DNA from: Verrucomicrobiota bacterium
GTDB lineage: Bacteria > Verrucomicrobiota > Verrucomicrobiia > Opitutales > Seribacteraceae
Reading direction: 5' to 3'
Assembly (NCBI GenBank): GCA_027622665.1
Contig: JAQBYT010000041.1
Coordinates: 1 to 34,402 of the forward strand
Length of the DNA: 34,402 nt
Part shown: piece after piece, positions 27,251-34,402 of the stretch
How the letters are laid out: each line of letters starts with the position of its first letter
How positions within the stretch are numbered: the first letter of the stretch is position 1
The notes under the pieces: generated by a model
Databases searched by the model: none
The model's input: only the letters and a program-made list of their open reading frames with translations
Told to the model about the DNA's origin: nothing
Program-made: the position numbers and the translations under genes

Positions 27251-29131
27251 ATGGGATTCTTTATCAAAACATGGGGGTACGTATTTTCCCTACTGCCTTT
27301 TTCGTGCTTGGCGATTTTAACACAATTCCTCGCATATGTATTTGTATCAATCCCTAGCTGTCGGAGACGAATACTCTTGTCGAACCTCAAGCATGCATTT
27401 CCTTACTGGAATGATGTTAGAACAAAATCGGTCGCCAAAAAATCGGCGGCCAGAATGTTCGAGATGGGCTTTTTTTCCCTAACCTATCCTTTTCTGTCGA
27501 AAGATAAACTCAGAAGAACGCTGCTGTTCCCAGAGAAAGTCGAGCGAGAGCTTCACGATTTACGCAAGTCGGGTCGTCCTTTGCTAATACTTGTACCCCA
27601 TGTTTGCCTTTTCGAAACCTTGGTCACTTCACCGTATTTCCGCCCCCAGCGAGGCAAGACTCTTGGTGCGATTTATCGTCCGAACAAGAATGCTGAGCTC
27701 GACCTTTGGATCAATCGGGCAAGATTGAAAACCGGAATGAAGACTTTTGCCCGAAAAGAAGGATTGCTTAGGGCGCGCAATCATTTGCGTAAAGGTAATT
27801 GGCTTATCGTTTTATTTGACCAAAATGCGGGAATCAAAGGGGTAAAAGCCACTTTCCTGGATCGACTCTGTTCGATTTCACGCCTGCCCGATCTTTTGGC
27901 CAAGCAACCCGACTTAGCTTGTGTCTATGTCTCGCCCAGAAGGCATTCCTTTTTCCAAGCCAAACTGGAAGTGAAAAACCTAGAGGTTAAGCCTCAGGGG
28001 ACTCACCTCGATGCCCATCGCCTTCTTGAGCAAGAAATAAGAGATTGTCCGGACGGTCTTCCTGAATGGTTGTGGTCCCATGGGAAATGGAAAACAAACG
28101 ACATGCCCCACGAGTTCTTTCATTTGCAAACTAACAAGAAATCTAAAATCGATTTCCCCGACCTGACTCGCAAAACAAAACTTTGGATTAGAATGCCAAA
28201 CTGGTTGGGTGACATAATAATGGCAATCCCCTTGATCCGGTCTGTTCGTTCGAGTCGCCCGGACGCTGAAATCACGCTTCTTTGTCAAAAGCAATATGCT
28301 TCTTTTCTCGAGTCTTTAAGAATAGCAGAACATATTATTCCCCTCCCGGACAAAAGGGGCATTGGTTATTTTGCAAGCTTCCTTGCTTGGCGAAAGCATT
28401 ACCCCGATGCCATGCTGCTGTTCACGAATTCATTTCGAGGTGACCTCGAGGCGTTTATTATCGGAGCAAAGTTGAGATTCGGGATGGTCCGAAAGCATCT
28501 TAGGCCTCTCCTTAACGCCCGTTGGAAAGTTCCGGAAGAAATGACGCAATTTCATCAAACCAGGGTTTGGGAAGGGTTGCTAAGAAACTTTGGCCTCAAA
28601 GAGGAGACCGATCTCTCTGCGTTGCCAAGACTGGAGGGCCCAAAAGGGAAATCAATCGAAAAGATTCGAATCGGGCTCGCCCCAGGCTCGAACAACACCC
28701 CTTCCAAGAGATGGCCCGTGGAAAGCTGGATTGTTATCTGTGAAAATCTTATTTCGGAATCTCAGGGAAAGGAAATTACGCTCGAATTGTTCGGGACAAA
28801 TCAAGACAAAAGCCTTTGCGCGTCAATCAAGCACTCTTTACCTTCTAGTCTTTGCATCGATCATGCGGGCAAGACGTCCTTGGTTGAACTCATGAATCAT
28901 TTTCGTCAACTGGATGTCCTGTTATGCAATGATTCTGGAGCAATGCATCTTGCCAATGCTGCGGGAACCCCCGTCGTTGCGATCTTTGGACCGACTGACC
29001 CATCGATTACTGGACCGATTTATGAATCAACCTCTATTGCGATTCAGAGCAACACAGCTGATCCCATAGAATCAATAGAGCCAAAGACTGTAGTAAAGGA
29101 AGCCCTGCAAGTAATTGGTCTGCAAGTTTGA
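27251..29131 (+). CDS. Fusion of a lipid A late acyltransferase (LpxL/LpxM-like) and a GT9 heptosyltransferase II (WaaF-like)
   Basis: N-half: NLKHAFP, HVCLFE (Hx4E), IYRP, LFDQ, WLWSHGKWK. C-half: RMPNWLGDIIMA, KRWP, NDSGAMHLANAAGTPVVAIFGPT. Start 27245 or 27251. Confidence 0.88.
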   Translation: MGFFIKTWGYVFSLLPFSCLAILTQFLAYVFVSIPSCRRRILLSNLKHAFPYWNDVRTKSVAKKSAARMFEMGFFSLTYPFLSKDKLRRTLLFPEKVERELHDLRKSGRPLLILVPHVCLFETLVTSPYFRPQRGKTLGAIYRPNKNAELDLWINRARLKTGMKTFARKEGLLRARNHLRKGNWLIVLFDQNAGIKGVKATFLDRLCSISRLPDLLAKQPDLACVYVSPRRHSFFQAKLEVKNLEVKPQGTHLDAHRLLEQEIRDCPDGLPEWLWSHGKWKTNDMPHEFFHLQTNKKSKIDFPDLTRKTKLWIRMPNWLGDIIMAIPLIRSVRSSRPDAEITLLCQKQYASFLESLRIAEHIIPLPDKRGIGYFASFLAWRKHYPDAMLLFTNSFRGDLEAFIIGAKLRFGMVRKHLRPLLNARWKVPEEMTQFHQTRVWEGLLRNFGLKEETDLSALPRLEGPKGKSIEKIRIGLAPGSNNTPSKRWPVESWIVICENLISESQGKEITLELFGTNQDKSLCASIKHSLPSSLCIDHAGKTSLVELMNHFRQLDVLLCNDSGAMHLANAAGTPVVAIFGPTDPSITGPIYESTSIAIQSNTADPIESIEPKTVVKEALQVIGLQV

Positions 29132-29137
29132 TTCGAG

Positions 29138-29923
29138 TTACTCCTTCACGATTCCGTTGAGGCATCTTATCGTGCCGTTAGATATCGTTTCTTTCAACCT
29201 TTGGTCGTTTTGGCTAAGTTGGTCTCTGTTGTTCTCCGGATGATTTAGATGATAAACCAATGCCCTGCCGTAGACCATCTTTCGTTGCAGTCCCAAGTTA
29301 TATAATCTAGCTCCTAAATCCGAGTCTTCCCTCCCCCACCCTTCGTAGTCTTCGTCAAAACCGTTGATAGCAAGTAAATCTTCCTTCCAGGCAGCAAGGT
29401 TGCATCCTAGTAAACCGTACATTCCTTGGTTTACCTTGACGACAGGTTTGGGCAAACGGATGCTTTTGAGCAAACCGCTTACTTTTCCCATAAGCATTAA
29501 GCGTAACAGAGAGGTTTTCTCTTCGAGTAGCGAAACGACTTGATCCTCTTGAACAAAGCATCTCCTTCCCTGAACGAAGTAGCCCTTTTCGGCTATGGCT
29601 AAGTGATCTTTGACAAAATGCTTGTGGGGCAGGCAGTCACCATCGAGAAAAAGGACGTAATCTCCTTGGCAAGCGCTCAAAGCTCGGTTGAGAATCTTAG
29701 CCTTCCGAAAGCCTTGGTCTTCATGCCAATGGTGGTGAAGATGAATCGATATGAGCTTCTTCCGCTCGTCAATTATCGAATGCGTCCGACTGCTAGAACC
29801 GTCATCCGCGACATGGATGCAATCAGGGAGTCGAGAACCTTTGGCGATTCGGGCTAAAATCTCAGCCAATGATGCGGCTCCTTGGTAGGTGCTGACAATC
29901 AGGCTTGTCTTCGGAGGGTTCAT
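29138..29923 (-). CDS. GT2 glycosyltransferase
   Basis: SLIVSTY, ADDGS, FLDGDC, GCN, INGFDEDYEGWGREDSD. Confidence 0.92.
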   Translation of the reverse strand: MNPPKTSLIVSTYQGAASLAEILARIAKGSRLPDCIHVADDGSSSRTHSIIDERKKLISIHLHHHWHEDQGFRKAKILNRALSACQGDYVLFLDGDCLPHKHFVKDHLAIAEKGYFVQGRRCFVQEDQVVSLLEEKTSLLRLMLMGKVSGLLKSIRLPKPVVKVNQGMYGLLGCNLAAWKEDLLAINGFDEDYEGWGREDSDLGARLYNLGLQRKMVYGRALVYHLNHPENNRDQLSQNDQRLKETISNGTIRCLNGIVKE

Positions 29924-29993
29924 TCAAGATTCGAAGCAATTACGTAAATCCATCGAAAAATCAATTTGCCACCAAAGTTCTTCTAATGCTTCG

Positions 29994-30614
29994 TCATGCT
30001 TGACTTGATTGCAAAACCCAGATTCGAGTCCCCTGCTTGCTTCTTCTTGAATCGAAATATTTGTATTTCGTTTTATCCATTTTTTCCTCAATCATGTTCC
30101 AACCATACAGCTCTTTCCCATCGTTCCAGTCATGGCAAAATATATAAGGTATGTTCTTCTCCATAAAATGAAGCACTGTTTCGGCACGCGAGTGGAGACC
30201 TTGATCAACGAACGCAACCTCAATTTCCGAAAGAGGCGCAAAATCATCTATCATCTGGAGATAATTGCCGAAAGAATCATGTTCCCTGAGCTTTCCGCCG
30301 GAAGTTAAGATGTTCTGCTCCATTTCATCAACCCCAACTTCGATCAACGTACTAAAGAAACCTTCCCAAGAACCGATCTTTTTCCACTCGCCGGACTCGA
30401 TTTTTTCTTGGCAGCGAGTGAACCAGTCCTTGTTCTTGGCAACTTCGAAAGAATAGACGCAATCAAACGAAGCGAGCAAATGCTGGGTGCCCTCCCCTAT
30501 GCCAAGTTCAAGAATAGATTTTAAATGTTTTACAGGGATAAGTTCCAATACGTCGATCCAGTCAACGTACTTGTTCTGACGGATTCCCAATAAAGCTTTT
30601 ATGGAATTTATCAT
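29994..30614 (-). CDS. Putative class I SAM-dependent methyltransferase
   Basis: ILELGIGEGT motif I, VYSFE, AFVDQG, IFCHD. Confidence 0.6.
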   Translation of the reverse strand: MINSIKALLGIRQNKYVDWIDVLELIPVKHLKSILELGIGEGTQHLLASFDCVYSFEVAKNKDWFTRCQEKIESGEWKKIGSWEGFFSTLIEVGVDEMEQNILTSGGKLREHDSFGNYLQMIDDFAPLSEIEVAFVDQGLHSRAETVLHFMEKNIPYIFCHDWNDGKELYGWNMIEEKMDKTKYKYFDSRRSKQGTRIWVLQSSQA

Positions 30615-30633
30615 GATTTTGAATCCTTAGGTG

Positions 30634-31356
30634 TTATCCGAAGCGAATCTTGAGCCACTTTCTGGGGTGCCGATACCAAATGATTTTCTTCAGGTCCTCT
30701 ACGCGTTTGGTTCCAGAGGAGATCTGCATAGGTTTGGCTCGGCGAGATTTTTCGATGACCACAATGCTGTCGTGAAAATGGATGCCTTGAATATTTTCGG
30801 TCATGAAATCGGATTTAAGGAAAGAGCTTTGCGAATGAAAAGCATGCATCTTGTCGACCAGACCCTTGAGGTATTCGATGAAGGTTCCCCTGCGTCTATA
30901 TCCGCCCCCATAACCCTTTCGCCAATAGGAAGTATGCAGGTCCTCGCATAAATATACCCCTCCCTCGGCCAACTTGGGAAAGAGATAATCAAAAGATACT
31001 TGTTGTTGCTTCATGGAGTGTCCGCCGTCATCTATGATTATGTCCGGAGAGCCCATTTCCTCCAGAACTTCGCACAAGAAGGCAAGGTCGGTTTGGTCTC
31101 CAATGTGGATGAATACACCATTTTGCTCAGCTTCTTTGCAGTTCGGGTTGATGTCCAACCCGTGGATTGATGCTCCTTCTCCGAAATAATTACACCACAT
31201 CTGAAGAGACCCTCCGTGACACACACCTATTTCGAGCACTCGGGGGGATGCTCCAACGAATTTCGAGAAATATCGTTCGTAAACATCCAGATAGTGGTCG
31301 TACTTGGATATGACCATGTCGGTGTTATTCGAGAACCATTCTTTTAGTTCGGACAT
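30634..31356 (-). CDS. Class I SAM-dependent sugar O-methyltransferase (MycE/TylE-like)
   Basis: HYLDVYERYF, LEIGVCHGGSL, GLDINP, GDQTD, IIIDDGGH, GVYLCEDLHTSYW. Confidence 0.85.
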   Translation of the reverse strand: MSELKEWFSNNTDMVISKYDHYLDVYERYFSKFVGASPRVLEIGVCHGGSLQMWCNYFGEGASIHGLDINPNCKEAEQNGVFIHIGDQTDLAFLCEVLEEMGSPDIIIDDGGHSMKQQQVSFDYLFPKLAEGGVYLCEDLHTSYWRKGYGGGYRRRGTFIEYLKGLVDKMHAFHSQSSFLKSDFMTENIQGIHFHDSIVVIEKSRRAKPMQISSGTKRVEDLKKIIWYRHPRKWLKIRFG

Positions 31357-31357
31357 G

Positions 31358-32242
31358 TTACTTTCGCCTAATCAGATTTTTCAAAAATCGGCCGAAGCGT
31401 TTAGTCGCTGTAAGCTTTTTGGAGTTTTGGTTCCAATTGGACTGCATTACGATCCCAAAGTATTTTTGAGAAAGTTTTTTCTCTGCTTCCTCGTCTCCCT
31501 CGGTTGCGTCAAATTGTTCCTCATAATGAAAAACTTTAAAGAGAGGACCTCTGGTTTTGATTGGGAATGGTTTGTATTTAAGCAATGCCTCGCCGTAAAC
31601 CAGCAATTCCGAAGGGTATCTTGAGATCAGGGTTGCAAGAGATATATTATTCCTAATCAAGTAATCCGCTTTCAGTTTTTGCCAGACTTCAATTCCCCAG
31701 ACAACCGGCGTGGGACCGAAATCATAGATATCACCAGTGCGGCCAAAAAGACCTTGTAGTTTTTTCCTTTCCTTCTCGTAGTTTGTTTTGACGAAATGCA
31801 TCCCTTTTGCCTCACAAAACTCCAGAAGATCCTCGCAGTTGTGCATGATGGTTACGGGGTTTCCGTCTTCACATAAAAAGTCCCTTTTTCCAAAAGGTCG
31901 AAGAAAGAAAGAATCCGAATCGATAACTACGTAACGGGAGGCATGACCGATCATTCCGAATGCAACCTTGATTATTTGCTGAAGCAGGCTACCCGAGAAG
32001 TCTCTTGCCCTTTTTTTGCCCATAGCATCAGAGCGGATCAACAGATCTTCATCAGTCAAAAGTTTTGCATAACTTCTTTTTGCGAGAAGGGGTGTGAATA
32101 ATTCCACATCGGATTCGGGAACCGAGACAAAAAAGGGTATTCGCTCCAAGTTGTACCGATCAACGCTCTCAATCAATTTATGAAAGCGCTCCAAGTCGCC
32201 GACAAAAGATTTGCAGAACAGTCCTATTTCACACTCCCCCAT
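31358..32242 (-). CDS. DUF6492-like protein (putative GT-A-type glycosyltransferase)
   Basis: ATG at 32242; CKSFVGDLERFHKLIES, QQIIK, VIDSDSFF (DxD), E..VYGE. Confidence 0.65.
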   Translation of the reverse strand: MGECEIGLFCKSFVGDLERFHKLIESVDRYNLERIPFFVSVPESDVELFTPLLAKRSYAKLLTDEDLLIRSDAMGKKRARDFSGSLLQQIIKVAFGMIGHASRYVVIDSDSFFLRPFGKRDFLCEDGNPVTIMHNCEDLLEFCEAKGMHFVKTNYEKERKKLQGLFGRTGDIYDFGPTPVVWGIEVWQKLKADYLIRNNISLATLISRYPSELLVYGEALLKYKPFPIKTRGPLFKVFHYEEQFDATEGDEEAEKKLSQKYFGIVMQSNWNQNSKKLTATKRFGRFLKNLIRRK

Positions 32243-32244
32243 AA

Positions 32245-33855
32245 TCAGAGCCGGCAGGCCTTTGAAACTTTGCTGAATCTTGGCGAAGGTAATCTTTGAT
32301 CGCGCAACCCAATCCCCATTTGCTGAGCTCGCGAGATAACGTAGTGAAGTCCTACCCCTGAACTTTCGATTGCCTTTCTCACTCCACATTTTTTTGTTAC
32401 GACATCATGGAACAGCAAGATTTCGCTAGCTAGATGTGCATAGTTTTCTATGTCCATCTTTACCGCCTTCATGGAGTGATCAGCATCTATGAGAACAAAG
32501 TCGTAAGTTTTGCGAGCCTTGCAGACAGTTCGAATTACCATGGGATCTGCGGAATCTCCATCAATGATTCTTGCCGATGGAAATCCCTCTGACTTCATTC
32601 TTTCGCAGACCCTCACCAGGTCTTCGTTCTCCGGATTATGTTTCATCCAAGTCGCCGTAACGTAAAAGGGAGTCTTGCCGTGCTTCTTGCAGAGTATACC
32701 GAGAGCTATTGCCCACAAGCCCTTGAATGCGCCTATTTCAAGAAAGGACACCACATCCCCTTCGACTTCACGAATTCGGTGCTCGAGGTAAAGCAAAGCC
32801 AGAAGAAACTCACTGCGAGTTTGGGAACCGTTGTAGTCAGAAAGTTCGGGTTTGCTGATCAATGTCTCGTAAATTTCATCTATTTCTTTTAGGATCGGTT
32901 CATTCAAGAGAATAAGATCGTCAGCAGACTCTCTTGATAGCAAATGTAGTTTGTCCGAATATCTTTTCTTCTTTAGCCAGCCTTTCGGTTTATCGATGCA
33001 GGCCAAGCCCATACGTTTGAAAAACGGATAAGCAAGATCAAGTGGTTCCTTTACTTGGGTGCAGTAACTCTTGATCGTATCCAAGTTGCATTCCCTTCTA
33101 TGAAAAAAGGTGACATCGCTATGCTTTTCGATGATCTTTTTTTTGTTGGTCTTGATTAATTTTCTAGTGGCTTTTGGCTTTTTCGAGAAAGAAGCTCCGC
33201 CCTTATGGTAAACAAAGGCAGTCTCCAATACGCCCATTTTCAGGTTGTTCTCAGATAAGCGAATGCAGTAGTCGAAGTCTTCAAAGTATCCCGGAGAGAA
33301 GTCTTCATCCAATACACCGATTTCCTCACAAGTTTTTTTCGAAATTGCGACACAACAAAAATCAAGTCTTTGCGAAAGAAGAAGATTGGGGCTAGCGTTT
33401 TTCGTCCAGTTTTTAGCCGATTTCATGATTTTGCCTGAATCATCTCCAGGCAAGAACAGGTGTTGTTCGTTGCCTGCGGAATTGGTGACAGGAGACACCG
33501 CTCCAAAATCGGGGTGTTCCTCTAGAGCTCGAACGAGTTCGAGCATCGCACCGGGCATTACTCTAGTATCGCTGTTTAGGAGGATCAGGTATTGTCCCTT
33601 TGCCTGAGAAATCCCGAGGTTCACTGCCCGTGGAAAGCCGAGGTTCGATTTTTCGAGAAATAACCTCGGGATCGGGGCAAGTGAACTTATTTGCTGGAGA
33701 TCTCTACGGGTGACCTCGTCGGATCCGTTGTCTATCACGATGACTTCTCGTAACCCGGAGTCCTTGTCATCGGCTGCCAAACTTTCTAACGCACCACGGG
33801 TCGTTTGGTCGAAATTGTTATGACTGACTATAATTACACTGTAGAGTACATTCAT
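32245..33855 (-). CDS. GT2 glycosyltransferase fused to a C-terminal class I methyltransferase
   Basis: ATG at 33855; N-half VIDNGS, NLGF, LLNSD, YFEDFDYC, VYH; C-half LEIGAFKG, GDS, VLIDADH, LFHD. Confidence 0.85.
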   Translation of the reverse strand: MNVLYSVIIVSHNNFDQTTRGALESLAADDKDSGLREVIVIDNGSDEVTRRDLQQISSLAPIPRLFLEKSNLGFPRAVNLGISQAKGQYLILLNSDTRVMPGAMLELVRALEEHPDFGAVSPVTNSAGNEQHLFLPGDDSGKIMKSAKNWTKNASPNLLLSQRLDFCCVAISKKTCEEIGVLDEDFSPGYFEDFDYCIRLSENNLKMGVLETAFVYHKGGASFSKKPKATRKLIKTNKKKIIEKHSDVTFFHRRECNLDTIKSYCTQVKEPLDLAYPFFKRMGLACIDKPKGWLKKKRYSDKLHLLSRESADDLILLNEPILKEIDEIYETLISKPELSDYNGSQTRSEFLLALLYLEHRIREVEGDVVSFLEIGAFKGLWAIALGILCKKHGKTPFYVTATWMKHNPENEDLVRVCERMKSEGFPSARIIDGDSADPMVIRTVCKARKTYDFVLIDADHSMKAVKMDIENYAHLASEILLFHDVVTKKCGVRKAIESSGVGLHYVISRAQQMGIGLRDQRLPSPRFSKVSKACRL

Positions 33856-33956
33856 CTCGATTTTTTCTTTGTAATGAAGTTCAAAGCATGTTCTATGATT
33901 AGATTTGAATATGTCATATATACTTTCATAAGTAATCTCCAAAACCAATTTATTAT

Positions 33957-34402
33957 ATGAATGGCACCGACAATGCATATCTTAATTTGCTTAAAAAAAC
34001 CCTAACTTTTCAGCTTTGGCCCGAGCCCCCCCTGCCTGCCACCACTTTTCTAAACAGCAAAAAGAAAACTCGCCACAAAATAATTTTCAACAAACTACTC
34101 GAATCTTTTTTCCTTAAATTCAATAGACTTTTGTTGAAACCGGTCATATCGAATAAGGTCGACAAACTCGAAGGTAAAGCTTGGTCAGGATATGCTCACA
34201 CAATGATCGGAGAGAAACGCTTAGATAATATCCAGTACGCGATAAAAACCATAATTAAAGAGGGCGTCCCTGGAGATGTTATAGAAGCAGGTGTGTGGAG
34301 GGGCGGAGGCACCATTTTCATGAAAGCTTGCCTAGATCAGTATGAGGCGGGTGCGAGGAAAGTCTTTGTTGCTGATTCATTCAAAGGCTTGCCCCAGCCT
34401 AG
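33957..34402 (+). CDS. TylF/MycF (macrocin-type) O-methyltransferase, partial, runs off the window end
   Basis: Absent from the ORF track (no stop). Manual translation from ATG 33957: MNGTDNAYLNLLKKTLT...WSGYAHTMIGEKRLDNIQ...VPGDVIEAGVWRGGG...VFVADSFKGLPQP. Confidence 0.92.
   Translation, partial: MNGTDNAYLNLLKKTLTFQLWPEPPLPATTFLNSKKKTRHKIIFNKLLESFFLKFNRLLLKPVISNKVDKLEGKAWSGYAHTMIGEKRLDNIQYAIKTIIKEGVPGDVIEAGVWRGGGTIFMKACLDQYEAGARKVFVADSFKGLPQP

Noticed and set aside
32243..32389. Extended start for the DUF6492-like ORF
   Set aside because: Overlaps the 3' end of the upstream gene; ATG at 32242 sits 2 nt after its stop

Overview
Bacterial chromosomal segment, most likely PVC superphylum (Verrucomicrobiota/Opitutales-like). 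The taxonomy is inferred from the PVC small basic signature protein, PVC-type heme/propeller proteins, DUF1080 paralogs and a sulfatase. Left to right: RelE/RHH toxin-antitoxin pair; S8 protease; FAD oxidoreductase coupled to an MnmM(YtqB)-like methyltransferase; sulfatase; YgjP/M48 protein and mazG; trpC-rsmA; EcsC; PQQ-like propeller; a truncated, frameshifted cytochrome c pseudogene beside an integration-scar-like repeat cluster at the 3' side of tRNA-Arg(ACG); an exported DUF1080-DUF1080-pentaheme/PA14-propeller operon; rpoZ-smpB-trmL-GT2; cutA; serS-tilS-ftsH-small basic protein; and an AT-richer LPS/glycan locus with an LpxL-WaaF fusion and four methyltransferase domains. Top candidate for a new system: the GT2 behind smpB-trmL resembles the vertebrate queuosine-tRNA galactosyltransferase QTGAL/B3GNTL1 along its length, suggesting bacterial tRNA glycosylation. 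Runners-up: a split MnmC-equivalent pair and a periplasmic oxidative glycan-processing operon. All family calls come from motif recognition by eye; no searches were run.
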